DNA of 64,000 nucleotides from Gekko japonicus (Eukaryota), in NCBI RefSeq assembly GCF_001447785.1, contig NW_015177041.1, forward strand, positions 289,426 through 353,425, in the 5' to 3' direction. Both the position numbers and the translations under genes were made by a program. Of this stretch, positions 12,001 through 25,419 are shown in pieces. The stretch's first letter is position 1; each line of letters begins with the position of its first letter. The notes below the pieces were generated by a model, which saw only the letters and a program-made list of their open reading frames with translations, was not told the DNA's origin and ran no database searches.

Positions 12001-15000
12001 AGGGGCTGGGGCTCCCCGGGAGAGAATGGCCTCCCACAGGGACTACGGTTCCCAGAGTTCCTTGGGGCCCCAGCGGCCATGAGAGGGGGGTGGGGAAGAG
12101 CAGGGGAACAACAGCAGGTTGGCCACTAGTGGAGGTGAGGCTGGGGGAGCAAGGGGGGGGCCAAGAGCCAGGCGAGGCTCGGATTGCAGGGAAGGGGGGC
12201 TGTGCCAAGAAGCCGTGTTAGTTAGCGTGTGCCCGGGGTGGCAGTGGAGAAAGGGGGCTAGAGCTTTGGTGCCAGCTCTCCCCTCCCCAGCCATTCCCCA
12301 CGCTGTCCTGTCCAGGAGGAGGAGGAGGACGGGACAGAACGGCGGCTCCCTCCCTCAGGCCCCGCCAGGACCGAGGCCCGCCGGGATGGGTGGCAGCCGC
12401 CCAGACCGGCAGCTCCTTCTGCCCATTTTAGGCAATGCTGCTGCTCCTGTCTTGGCCACACAAAGAAGGCCGCCGCCGCCCCGCCCCCGCTCCCCTCCCC
12501 TCCTCCCCTCCTCCCCTGGCAGCCTCTGGGCTTCGAGGCTGTTTGGGTCTGTCTGTCTTTGTTGTGCTCCAGAGGACTTTTGATGACCCCCCCCCCCTTT
12601 GCAGTTCTGCTGGGCCCACCGAGACCCTGTGTGTGTGGGGGGGGATCTGAGCCTTCGACTTCTCTGCCCCCCCTTCTGCCTGCGCAGCCCTAGAGGGAGC
12701 GGGGGGAGGGCCGAGGCCCTTTGGAGCCGGGGGACCCAACCTGGGCAGGAGGAGAGGCTGAGGGAGCCGGGGGAGGGGTGTCCGGCAGGGAGTGCCCCCC
12801 CCTTCCAGCAGTGCAGGGCCACCACCCCCTAGGGGGGGGTGGCAGGGCCCGCCAGGTGTGTTGCAAGAAGCGGTGTCACCCTGGCACGTGTGCGGTGGCG
12901 GGGGGGTCCTTCTCCCTCCCCCTCCCCCTCCTCTCCCCCCCCCCCTCCTCTCCCCCCCTCCTCTCCCCCTGTTCCCAGCCCTTGGAAGAGCCATAAAATT
13001 CCCAGGGACTTGGAAGGAAGTTCAGGCCCTCTCTGATGTTTCCCCTAAAAGGAGTTCTTGTGAGCAAACTGGGCAAGCACAGGCAAGATGGTGGCTGGGA
13101 AATGCCAGAGACGCTGCCGGATGCCGGAGAGGCAGGCCAGGCCGGGGCCAGGAGCCGCCTCAGGAGAGGGGGGGCGGGGATTAACCCTTTCACGGGGGCT
13201 GGGGGATAAGAACATAAGAACATAAGAGACGCCAATGTTGGATCAGGCCAAAGGCCCATCCAGTCCAACACTCTGTGTCACACAGTGGCCAGAAATACCA
13301 GTGCCATCAGGAGGTCCAGCAGTGGGGCCAGGACATTAGAAGCCCTCCCACTGTTGACCCCCCCCCCAAGCACCAAGAAGACAGAGCATCACTTGCCCCA
13401 GAGCCCCTAGCTATACCTTGTGGCTAATAGCCACTGATGGACCTCTGCTCCATATGCTTATCTAATTCCCTTTTGAAGCCGTCCATGCTTGTAGCCGCCA
13501 CCACTTCCTGTGGCAGTGAATTCCATGTGTTAATCACTCTTTGGGTGAAGAAGTACTTCCTTTTATCCGTTCTAACCCGACCGCTCTGCAGTTTCATGGA
13601 GTGCCCACGAGTTCTTGTATTGTGAGAAAGGGAGAAAAGTACCTCTTTCTTTACCTGCTCTTTCCCATGCATAATCTTATAAACCTCGATCATGTCACCC
13701 CTTAGTCGTCTTTTCTCCAAGCTAAAGAGCCCTAAGCGCTTTAACCTTTCCTCATAGGGAAAGTGTTCCAACCCTTTTATCATTCGAGTTGCCCTTTTCT
13801 GCACTTTTTCCAAAGCTATAATATCCTTTTTAAGGTGTGGTGACCAGAATTGCACACAGTATTCCAAATGAGGTCTTACCATTGATTTATATAGGGGCAT
13901 TATTATATTGGCTGATCTGTTTTCAATACCCTTCCTAATAATCCCCAGCATAGCATTGGCCTTCTTTATTGCAGTCACACACTGTCTCGACATTTTCAGT
14001 GAGTTATCCACTACAACTCCAAGATCTCTCTCTTGCTCAGTCTCTGCCAGTTCAGACCCCATCAATGTGTATTTATATTTAGGATTTTTGGCTCCAATGT
14101 GCATCACCTTGCACTTGGCCACATTGAACCCCATTTGCCATGTTGACGCCCACTCGCTCATCCTTGACAGATCCCCTGCGGGGATGATGCCTGGCCAGAA
14201 GGGGATGATGCCTGGCCAGAAGGGGATGATGCCTGGCCAGAAAGCCGGGGGGGGGGCTAGCAGGAGGGGGTTCCCGGGGGACGGCAGGCAGCTTGCTGAT
14301 GGCACCAGGTGCCCCTCGGCCCTTTTCACCCCCCTCCGAGGCAGAAGGGAGTGGTGGGTTCCTGCAAGGGGGCTTGGGGAAAGGAAGAGAAGAGAAGGAG
14401 GGCTTGCCTCAGAGCAGACCCCAGCTGGAGCGGCCTTGCCAGCCAGGAGGGTCCCTGCGCAGAGGCAAGCCGTGTGCTGGGGTCGCCCGGGCAGGTCACG
14501 GGATGCCCTGTGGTCACGCCCGGGCACCCTGCGGCTACTCTGTCCTCCTGTGCTTCCTCCCCAGTCACGGAAGCCGACCTGGAGCTGTCAGGGATGAGGA
14601 CCCTGGAGCACGTGGCCGTGACGGTCAGCATCACCCATCCTCGCCGGGGCAACCTGGAGATCCGCCTCCTCTGCCCCAGCGGCATGGAGTCTCTGATCGG
14701 GACCGCGCGGAGCATGGACTCGTGAGTGCGGGGCGGGGGCGGGGGCGGGAGAGCCACTGNNNNNNNNNNNNNNNNNNNNNNNNNNNNNNNNNNNNNNNNN
14801 NNNNNNNNNNNNNNNNNNNNNNNNNNNNNNNNNNNNNNNNNNNNNNNNNNNNNNNNNNNNNNNNNNNNNNNNNNNNNNNNNNNNNNNNNNNNNNNNNNNN
14901 NNNNNNNNNNNNNNNNNNNNNNNNNNNNNNNNNNNNNNNNNNNNNNNNNNNNNNNNNNNNNNNNNNNNNNNNNNNNNNNNNNNNNNNNNNNNNNNNNNNN

Positions 15001-17467
15001 NNNNNNNNNNNNNNNNNNNNNNNNNNNNNNNNNNNNNNNNNNNNNNNNNNNNNNNNNNNNNNNNNNNNNNNNNNNNNNNNNNNNNNNNNNNNNNNNNNNN
15101 NNNNNNNNNNNNNNNNNNNNNNNNNNNNNNNNNNNNNNNNNNNNNNNNNNNNNNNNNNNNNNNNNNNNNNNNNNNNNNNNNNNNNNNNNNNNNNNNNNNN
15201 NNNNNNNNCCCTGGCCTCCGGGGGGGGGGCTCCACTTCCCAGACGGCCGAGGCCTCTCCTCACCGCCTGTGTCCCCTGCTTTTCCCTAGAGACCCCACTG
15301 GCTTTGTGGACTGGACCTTCTCCACGGTGCGCTGCTGGGGGGAGGAGGCCCAGGGCACTTACCAGCTGGTGATCCACGACGTAGGTGAGTCCTCTCCTGG
15401 CTCAGGGGGCGGCGGCAGCTGCTGCTGCTTTGGTTCCTCCCCCCCCCCCGCCCCCCCCACGCCTCTCCTTCTCCGCGNNNNNNNNNNNNNNNNCCTGGGC
15501 CACCTCGCCTTTCTGAGGACTCCTGGGAGGGGGCTCGGTCTGCAAAACACCCGGGGGAGGGGCTGGCTCCCCTGAGCCCCTCTGTAGCATCCTGCAGCTG
15601 GCAACTGCTCTCATTCCCAGGGGACGAGACGCTGCGGCCGGGGGTGCTGCAGCAGTGGCAGCTGGCGCTCTACGGCTCCTCCTGGTCCCTGGCTGAGATC
15701 AAGGAGCGGCAGAGGTAAGGTGAGGAGCAGGGGCTGGGGGGGGGCAGGCTTCCCGGGCGGGAGGGGCTCCTCTCCCCTCTGTGTGGCCCTCTGGGGCCAG
15801 GGGAGGGGGCTTTTGTTCATAGGGGTACCAGAAGTCACACACACCAACGCTTGGGGAAACCTTCCAGTTTCTAAAGGGAGTCTTTCTGCCTTTTGTGGCT
15901 TCCTTGACGTGAGTCATCAGCCATGCTGGCATCCTTGTGGACTGCTGATTTGGAGGATGCCTTCTGTCGGGGCACCAACTGGTGTAGTTGTAAGTAGTCT
16001 CCAGGTGTCCTGGAGGGATTTGAGTCTCTTCATCCCCCCTTTTACAGACTATTTCCCTTATTTTAGTAAAGTTCCCTTTTTTTGAAATCAAAAGTGATTG
16101 TTTTGGGCCTCAGAGATAACCTTCTGCTGACGTTGTGGTCACTGTTTCCAATCCGATGTTCTTGGGCTCAAATTCCATGCGGTTACCACTGGGTGCAACG
16201 ACATCCAGCTCTTGCACCGGGTCTCAAGCCCTGCTGGGAAGTGAGTCCGGAGTTTCTAGACTTGGCTCTGGGGCTTCACTGCTTCCGTGCACAGGATGTT
16301 GATGATGTCTAGAAAGCTTCTCTCTGTGGCATGACTGGAGCCACATTCCTGCCCAGTGAGTGTGTGGGCAGGTGAAGTCACACAGTAGGACAACCTCCTC
16401 TCCTTTAGTGCCATTATTTCCCCGCTCCACCTCGAGGTCTGCTCTGTGGCTTTGATGGGGGGGGGGGGGGGGGGAGGTGACAGTCCACCACCACTTATAC
16501 GTAGTAAACATTGGGGTCTGGTGTCTCCATTCATAGCGATTCCGTGGGGTAGTTTCTTCCCCTAACGTTTCCTAGGACATTTGACTCTGTTCTGTCTTTG
16601 ATATTCCCTAGCCATGCGCACCTTGGCTTGCCGGCAAGAGCCCTCTCAGCTAGGTGCTTTGCTCGTACCTTTCTGCAGCACGCCTGGTGTCCGATTGCAG
16701 CTGCTTGGAGTCCGAACAGGGGGTGGACTGGGTGGCCTCTTGGTCCCTTCCCAGTTTCACACAACAGCCCCCTCCCCAAATCGACATGAGCCGTTCTGGC
16801 TGAGGGGGAGGAAGAGGGCTGCTCCCCCCCCATGCATCAGCCCAGCCCTCAACGCTCTTTTGCCCACAGGCGGCTCGAGGAGGCGATGAGCGGCCGTTTC
16901 CTGGACGATGGGTTTTCCTTGCCCTGCCCGCCTGGCTTGAAGATCCCGGAGCAGGAGCCCTACACCATCCCTGCCAACACCCTCAAGGTGGCACCTGCCT
17001 GGTGGGGCGGGGGGGGGCGGGGAAAGGGGCTAAGGAGGGGGCCTGCTGGGTTCTGTGCGGCATGTTTGGAACGTGGTTCCGGTGGAGCCTGCGGCAGCTG
17101 CTGAGGTTTTGGTGTGCAGAAGGGGTCCCTGCACGAGAGGGAGGCGGCAACCTAACGAGAGGCTGAGCGGGGGGGGGGGTGGTTTGCCGTCTTCTGGACC
17201 GTCTACTACACGCTGGAGGTGTTTCTGACCCGCAACAAGGTGGCCTTGAACCTCCCAGCCTGCAGCAGTGCCCGTGGGTGCCCGTGGTCCACCAGAGGCA
17301 GGGCGGCCTCGAGCCTGGAGGAGGGGACAGAGATGGAGGAGACCCTCCCCCTGTATGCAGGGGAGGAGCTGGAGCTGGAGGTGGAGACGGAGCTGCTCCG
17401 AGCTGGCCAGGAGGGGCAGAAGGGCCCCCGGGGCGGCCAGAGCCCGGGACGAGGAGAGTTGTGCTGA
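1..17467 (+). CDS. PCSK7: Proprotein convertase subtilisin/kexin type 7 (PC7), 5'-partial, multi-exon
   Basis: GT-AG exons read by hand: <1-266, 472-606, 1980-2145, 6306-6396, 6651-6705, 7028-7166, 8493-8593, 10805-10975, 11116-11223, 11765-11867, 14565-14721, 15290-15384, 15621-15714, 16870-16987, 17162-17467. From base 3 they join to 2103 nt in frame. Encodes prodomain cleavage site RSKR|SLHFNDP, catalytic Asp (VVDDG), His (HHGTRCAG), oxyanion Asn (ASGNGG), Ser (HTGTSAAAP), P-domain ([16 protein letters not shown]), TM/tail ([15 protein letters not shown]...GELC*). The first 7 codons of the last exon look corrupted. Confidence 0.97.
843..1430. repeat. Imperfect ~260-bp tandem duplication in a PCSK7 intron
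   Basis: GAAGGCAGGGGCTTTGTTGGGTTCCATGC starts at 843 and 1103; downstream blocks (GGTAGGCAAGA.CAGCCCCCAAGCCCTGGAGC, CGGCAACGACAAGGAAGTCCT) also recur; the second copy ends in a (TGC)n run. Confidence 0.85.
2715..3415 (-). mobile_element. L2-clade LINE 3' fragment (degenerate)
   Basis: (TTTA)n tail plus TTTATACCCCGCCC...GGGCAGCTTACA terminus; RT-derived GGGCTTTAAAGGT and GCATTCTGCAC blocks shared with 57240-58400. Confidence 0.65.
4681..4886. mobile_element. hAT-type MITE, family A
   Basis: TIRs CAGTGTTCCCTCTAAGCTG / CAGCCTAGAGGGAGCACTG; degenerate 8-bp TSD CATGGGAA/CTTGGGAG; opposite orientation to the other copies. Confidence 0.8.
5590..6030 (-). mobile_element. L2-clade LINE 3' remnant
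   Basis: TTTATTTATTT tail and CAGGGCAGCGAACA terminus typical of squamate L2 3' ends; heavily degenerate. Confidence 0.45.
7495..8030 (+). mobile_element. Cluster of degenerate CR1 3'-end fragments
   Basis: TGTGTGACACAGAGTGTTG...GGCGTCTCTCATGTTCT; GAGAGGTCTATCAGTGGCTA (ORF2 end); CTGATCCAGCAGGG...TTCTTA tails. Confidence 0.6.
8770..9060 (-). mobile_element. Old CR1 3' fragment
   Basis: GGATCAGACC...CCATCCAGTCCAGC, GGCTAGTAGCCACTGATGGAC and CATCCTCTGGTAGCGAATTCC parallel the young CR1 at 13208. Confidence 0.6.
13208..14179 (-). mobile_element. Young 5'-truncated CR1 LINE (RT C-terminus + 3' UTR)
   Basis: Stop-free ORF2 C-terminus ([16 protein letters not shown]...[19 protein letters not shown]...[13 protein letters not shown]...SISGY*), (TTCTTATG)n tail at 13208-13228, candidate TSD GGGGAT at 13202-13207 / 14180-14185. 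Confidence 0.95.
14180..14242. repeat. 3 x 21-bp perfect tandem repeat (GGGGATGATGCCTGGCCAGAA)
   Basis: Copies at 14180, 14201 and 14222, directly abutting the CR1 5' junction. Confidence 0.95.
15810..16620 (-). mobile_element. Degenerate CR1 ORF2 internal fragment
   Basis: Minus-strand translation retains CR1-like [10 protein letters not shown] and [25 protein letters not shown]; multiple frameshifts. Confidence 0.6.
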
Positions 17468-18381
17468 GCACCCTGGTGCGGGATCTGGTGGCTTAACCCG
17501 GGGCTCACGGACGGTGGGCTGAGGACATCAGGCAGGCTAGCCGGATTGGTGCCTGGCTGCCCCTCCCGGTGGGTGCGGCCCAGATGCCCAGCAGCCACCT
17601 GGGGCAAGGCCCGGCGTGCCAAGTGCCTGAAGGATAGAGCCCCCCCCCCCCCCCCCCCCCCCGCCCCCGCAGCAGCCCCCCGACTGCCGCCCCTAGTGGG
17701 ACACAGAGTGTATCGGCCCCCTGGAGAGCCCTTGGCGGGGTTCGGAACCACCCACGCGCTGGCTGAGTGGAACAGGAGCGCTGGTGGGGGGAGCCCAGCT
17801 GGTCGGAGTCAAACTCTCGCTGCCTTATCCTGCTGCAGGCCACGGAGCAGCAAGACCTCGGCTGACCTTAGCCAGTGTGGCCAAACAGGGCCGGAGCCCT
17901 GCTCACTTCTGCCTTTTCACCTTGTGCTTCTTTGCTCGCCTCCCACCTTGACTGGCTCACTCTGCCACCCTTGAAGGGCGAAGGGGAGCGGCTTCCTCCG
18001 GGTGCCAGCGGCAGGCGGGCACAGCCAAAGCCAAGAGCAGCCTTGCCTCTGCTGCCTTTCTCGACGGAGCATCCGGGAGCTGACCGGGGGGAGGGGCTCA
18101 CTCAGAGGAGGACAGCCCGGTGCCCCCACGGCTGGGAGGGAGCCTCCCCCCCCCCGCGACTCGGTGTTTGGCCCGGGGGGGGGCCCCCTGCATGAGCTTC
18201 TCGGCCTGCTTGGAGCTGCATCTGTGGGACCGGGGGGNNNNNNNNNNNNNNNNNNNNNNNNNNNNNNNNNNNNNNNNNNNNNNNNNNTCTGGACGCCCTT
18301 CCTCCAGCTTGGGGGTGGCGGGTGTTTTTAGATCAATGGGGTTTTGTTTTTTAACAGATTCTTTTCTTTGCCGCTTTCCAA

Positions 18382-18387
18382 AATAAA
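18382..18387 (+). terminator. Candidate proximal PCSK7 poly(A) signal
   Basis: AATAAA ~0.9 kb after the PCSK7 stop, preceded by a T-rich stretch. Confidence 0.4.
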
Positions 18388-18935
18388 CAAATGAGAAAAG
18401 CCAAAGCCGCCGTTCTTCCCTTCCTGTGGGGGACCCCGAGGGCCCGGCCAGAACCAAGCCAGGGGGGTCTCCGAGCCTGCAGGGGATGCCAGACGCAGCC
18501 GGAGCAGGAGCCAGGGGCAGTGAGTGGGATCCAAAACGGGGTGGAAGCCCCCCACCCCCCGGACCGGGTCCAGACCAAGTTGGGATTTGGAGGAGTCCCA
18601 TGCGTCGAACTTTAGAAAGGGAGACCAAAGTGTCCAGAGAGATTGGCAGGTCGTGGGTGCCCAGGCACAGAGGGGGTAAGCCTGAGCCTTCTCCGGCGCT
18701 GCCAAGCAGAGGCAGTTGGGCAGTTCATGCACCCGGGGCCTCCCNNNNNNNNNNNNNNNNNNNNNNNNNNNNNNNNNNNNNNNNNNNNNNNNNNNNNNNN
18801 NNNNNNNNNNNNNNNNNNNNNNNNNNNNNTTGGGCCGTCGGGGGGCAAGTTACAGACCTGGTGTTGAGGAAAGTGGGACGACACGGTGTGGAGCTCGAAG
18901 GGCGGGTCCCCGGGGGGGGGGGGGGGGGGACTTCT

Positions 18936-18941
18936 AATAAA
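18936..18941 (+). terminator. Candidate distal PCSK7 poly(A) signal
   Basis: AATAAA followed ~25 nt later by a T-rich stretch. Confidence 0.5.
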
Positions 18942-18971
18942 CAGCCGAGGAAGCCAAAGAGGTTCATAGTT

Positions 18972-18977
18972 TTTAAT
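18972..18977 (-). terminator. Candidate TAGLN poly(A) signal (ATTAAA)
   Basis: TTTAAT on + strand, ~660 nt after the TAGLN stop; TGTA element upstream on the - strand (18994-18997). Confidence 0.5.
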
Positions 18978-19633
18978 TGATGAACAAAAGAAGTACAAAA
19001 TGGGTAGACGGGGGAGGCAGTTACCCCTCCCCACCACAAAAGGGTTTTGTTTCCCTTGTGCAAGTTTCAGCCACGTCCGAAGATGCCGCAGGGTGGTGCG
19101 TTCCGACTGCCCTTTCTTTGGGAGGGGGGCCAGAAGGCCCCACGGCCTGGGCTTTGTGAATAGCAAGCCTCTCCGCTTGACCCGAGTCTGTGCCATGCGG
19201 GGGGAGGGCAGCCAGTGAAGCNNNNNNNNNNNNNNNNNNNNNNNNNNNNNNNNNNNNNNNNNNNNNNNNNNNNNNNNNNNNNNNNNNNNNNNNNNNNNNN
19301 NNNNNNNNNNNNNNNNNNNNNNNNNNNNNNNNNNNNNNNNNNNNNNNNNNNNNNNNNNNNNNNNNNNNNNNNNNNNNNNNNNNNNNNNNNNNNNNNNNNN
19401 NNNNNNNNNNNNNNNGGGGGGGGGGCAGGTGAGGGGCTGGGGCAGGAGCCAGAGCCAGCCAGAGAGAAGGGCGGCCCCATGGGCGGCCTCGCTGGGCTCC
19501 TTGTGCTTGCGGCCCGGCCTCAGCGGATGGGCTGAGTTAAGGGTACCCAGCTGGCGCTTCCCTCGTGGCAGGATTCCTTGGGGGGGGCATTGGGGTGTTT
19601 AGCGCGGGACCAGGAGGGCCAGGCCTGCCCCGT

Positions 19634-21916
<2,283 letters not shown>

Positions 21917-22479
21917 GCTCACAGGTGGGGGGAAGACCTGGTGGGGAGGAAGGGAAGGCCCGTGCCCGTGAGCCCCCCATGCATCCGCGGTGGAGTCCTG
22001 ACCGGTAGGGCGCCTCCCTTTCCCTCTGCAGGGCCCGCTGGGCAAGGGACAGAGACGTGACCCTCCGCTCTGCTATTTCTCCCCGGGAAGGAGCTCCATT
22101 CCGAGCCAGAGTCCCAGAGAAGCACAGCAACCGGGCACTTCCTCTCCCTCCCCCGGAGCTTCTTGCAAATGCCAGCAGTCATCTCACCCACGGTGCACGG
22201 GGGTGGGGGGTTGGAGTGGGCGGGGGGGGAGGGGGGGGCCTCCCTTCCTCCCTCCCTGTTGGCAACCTGAACAGCAGTTGCTTCCAGGAGCTGGGCATCA
22301 GGAGCTCTGGCTGTTGGCCGTGGGGCTCTCTGCTGCTGCTGCTGTGCCCAGGGCACGTGAGCCAGCCCCTTCCTGAAGTCAAGCAGGGCTGGGGCCTTCT
22401 CTGGGCAGACCACAGGCAGGAGAGACTCCCCCGCACACACAAACATGCATGTGGTTAACAAGAAAAAGGTAGCTGAGAT

Positions 22480-22640
22480 CATAGAACCATAGAGTTGGAA
22501 GGGATCTCCAGGTTCATCTAGTCCAACCCCCTGCACAAGGCAGGGAATTCACAACTACCTCCCCCTCCAGACCCACAGTGACCCCTGTTCCAGGCCCAGA
22601 ATATGACAAAAATCCTCCAGGAATGTGAACCTCTCCAGTC
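22480..22640 (-). mobile_element. CR1 3' end (second family)
   Basis: ATAGAACCATAGAGTTGGAAGGGATCTCCAGG...CTAGTCCAACCCCCTGCAC; the reverse complement recurs at 62868-62928. Confidence 0.7.
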
Positions 22641-22982
22641 CCGCAACGTTTTCACGCACAGACACCATAAGTGTGTGTGTTCTGATGATCACCGCGCCCT
22701 ACGCTGCCCATGGCAAGGCTTCCAAGACAGGCAGCTGCTGTCCTCTGGCCTGGGAGGAAGACCCCCAAGCCCGGTGCCGGAGGGAAGCATCGGACCGGAG
22801 CAAGCCCTGGAGAGGGCCAGGCAGGACAAGCTTCTGCTACCAGGTGCCGGGCGGGGCCAGGAGGCTGGCCAGGGGCTTGCGTGCCCCTTTTCTCGTCCTG
22901 TCAGACCCCAGTGGCTCCAAGACCCACCCCCTGGATCTGGGTGTGTTTTCCGCTGTGCAGCCCAGAGCTGCAGCCAGGAGTC

Positions 22983-23189
22983 CGGATGCTCCCTCTCAGC
23001 TGTGGAGTCTTGTGAGCAGAAATCCTACTTTGTCAGCTACTGGCGTCAAAGTTGTGGGAGAGCGATTTGTCTACTGCATTAATCAGTTTGCTCTGGAGCA
23101 CTCCTTCCTGAGCTGAGACAAAAATGCGTGAGCCAGAGGCTAAAAAACTGTGAGCTGGCTCACACTGACTCAGCTGAGAGAGAATGCTG
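22983..23189. mobile_element. hAT-type MITE, family A (older copy)
   Basis: Same body (GAGTCTTGTGAGCAGAAAT...GGCTAAAAAACTGTGAGCT); degraded TIRs and TSD. Confidence 0.75.
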
Positions 23190-24433
23190 GCAGGACTCTT
23201 CGAGGGGGCGTGTCTCCAAAGCGCCTGGAAGGGCTGGGCTTCTGTCCTGTAGGGGGGGCTGCTTCCCCGTGGGGGCCGAACTGATGCCAAAGCCTCCCCC
23301 CCCCCGTTCCCGCCCTTCTCCGTGCTGCTCCCAGCAGGAGGCTTGCCCACCTCTGCCTTGCGAAAGGCCTGGAGATTGGGNNNNNNNNNNNNNNNNNNNN
23401 NNNNNNNNNNNNNNNNNNNNNNNNNNNNNNNNNNNNNNNNNNNNNNNNNNNNNNNNNNNNNNNNNNNNNNNNNNNNNNNNNNNNNNNNNNNNNNNNNNNN
23501 NNNNNNNNNNNNNNNNNNNNNNNNNNNNNNNNNNNNNNNCCCCCCCCGCTCTCCTGCCAGCATGATGAGCCCTGAAGAACTTGCTGAGGGTGAGGCTTGG
23601 GCCCCAGGAAGCCAGCCCTTGGCAAAGGCCTCTTCCCAGGACTCCACTGTGGCTCTGGGAGGCTGAGGAGGGGCCTTCTCCAAGGCCGGCAGGGACAAGA
23701 CCTCCCCTGGGGGTGAAAACATGGACTCCCGCACAAGCTTTTGTGACTTCGCGCTCACTCCCTGGGGTGCCTCTGATGAAGCGCAGATGCCGGCGGCAGT
23801 CTGCTGCAAGGGACTCCCGTGTGGCTGAAGATTAATGTGGGAGGGCCCACCTGGTGTGCCTGTGCCTCACACACCTCGATGCAGCCATGGAGTTTGCCAC
23901 GGAGTTTGCGGGGTGGCTTCGGGCCAGTCACTCTCCCTCGGCCTAGCCCACCTTGCAGGGGTGTTGTGCGAAGCAACAAGGAGGGTGAGAACTAGGGACA
24001 CTGCCCCAAAGGAAGGATGAAATCAACTGGTGGTAGAGAAATACAAGAGGGACAGGGAGCCACCCATCAAGTCCCCCAACAAGACCCCTGACCGGGCAGT
24101 GCATGCCCTGACCTGGCACCCCCGAAAGGCTTTTTGTTCGACACACACCCCCCCCCCCCCCGCCCCGCTGGATCCCAGCCCTCGGCTTCCCTGCCCTCCA
24201 GGGCTCTTGTGCTTCATGGCCTGGCCCTGTTCCTGCCCTGCCCAATAGCCTGAGCTCTCCCAAGTGCCAGCAGCACTCCCCTGCCTGGGGGCTCCGCGGC
24301 TTCCCTGCACAAAGGGCAGACAGACCCACAAGAGACGCTGCCCCCTCCCGCGTGTCCTCCTCCTTCTCCCAACCTCTCCCAGAGCATCCATCCGGGGTGG
24401 CAAGCACGCAGTGCTGAACTCCCCAGCTCGGGT

Positions 24434-25150
24434 TGGTAAAGGTTCCCCTTGCTCGGAAGCCAGTCCAATCCAACTCTAGGGGTGCGCTGCTCATCTCCGT
24501 TTCCAAGCCGAAGAGCCAGCGCTGTCCGAAGACTTCTCCATGGTCATGACTAGACGCTGAGGCGCATGGAACGCTGTGACCTTCCCACCAAAGCACGGCC
24601 TATTTATCTACTTGCAATTTCTTGCTTTCGAACTGCTACATCGCAGCACTCCCCTGCCTGGGGGCTCCGCGGCTTCCCTGCACAAAGGGCAGACAGACCC
24701 ACAAGAGATGCTGCCCCCTCCCGCGTGTCCTCCTCCTCCCCCCAGCCTCTCCCAGAGTATCCATCCAGGGCAGCAAGCACGCAGCGCCGGACTCCCCAGG
24801 GCCACACTCCCCCCACGCCCAGCTCGGGTTGGTAAAGGTTCCCCTTGCTCGGAAGCCAGTCCAATCCAACTCTAGGGGTGCGCTGCTCATCTCCGTTTCC
24901 AAGCCGAAGAGCCAGCGCTGTCCGAAGACTTCTCCNNNNNNNNNNNNNNNNNNNNNNNNNNNNNNNNNNNNNNNNNNNNNNNNNNNNNNNNNNNNNNTTT
25001 ATCTACTTGCAATTTCTTGCTTTCGAACTGCTAGGTTGGCAGGAGCTGGGGCGGGAGACGGGAGCTCATTCCATCACGGGGCACTTGCGTCTCGAACTGC
25101 CGAACGACTGACCTTCTGGTCTGCAGCTCAGCGTCTCAGCCTCTGAGCAT
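24434..25150 (-). mobile_element. Sauria SINE (partial copy 24434-24640 and gapped copy 24830-25150)
   Basis: GGTAAAGGTTCCCCT...GCTCATCTCCGTTTCCAAGCCGAAGAGCCAGCGCTGTCC...CCTATTTATCTACTTGCA...TTCGAACTGCTAGGTTGGCAGGAGCTGGG matches the Sauria SINE consensus as recalled. Confidence 0.85.
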
Positions 25151-25346
25151 CCCCAAACCCTGCCTCCCCTCCTCCAGTGCTTCCCTGCTCCTGACCCCAA
25201 CGGGCAAATCCAGACAGAACCAGGTTAGAGGGGTACAGCTCTTCCAGACCAAGTATTTGTGCCCCCCCCCATTTCAAACCACCCGCCGCCAAGACCAACA
25301 CCCTTCCCCCCCCCTGCACCAGCCGCACCCCAGAGACGCCACTCAC

Positions 25347-25410
25347 AAGACGCAGCGCCGGCTCTCTCTCTCTCTCTCTCTCTCCTCCAAGGCTGCTGGG
25401 TCTGCAGTGA
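25347..25410 (-). other. TAGLN: TAGLN non-coding exon 1 (5' boundary approximate)
   Basis: GTGAGT donor at 25346-25341 just downstream of the CArG promoter; the exon 2 acceptor CAG precedes 21937. Confidence 0.65.
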
Positions 25411-25419
25411 GCAACAGCT

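Noticed and set aside
14180-14242. CRISPR-like short direct repeats
   Set aside because: The units are contiguous with no spacers and the context is vertebrate; it is a minisatellite.
13424-14527. 367-aa 'RT gene' with PFWPGII repeats
   Set aside because: Only 13424-14179 is CR1 ORF2; the N-terminal part is flanking intron and the 21-bp tandem repeat read in frame by chance.
24265-25035. ~385-bp tandem duplication including a Sauria SINE half in TAGLN intron 1
   Set aside because: It overlaps an N-gap and the copies are close variants, so a haplotype or scaffolding duplication is at least as likely as a real event.
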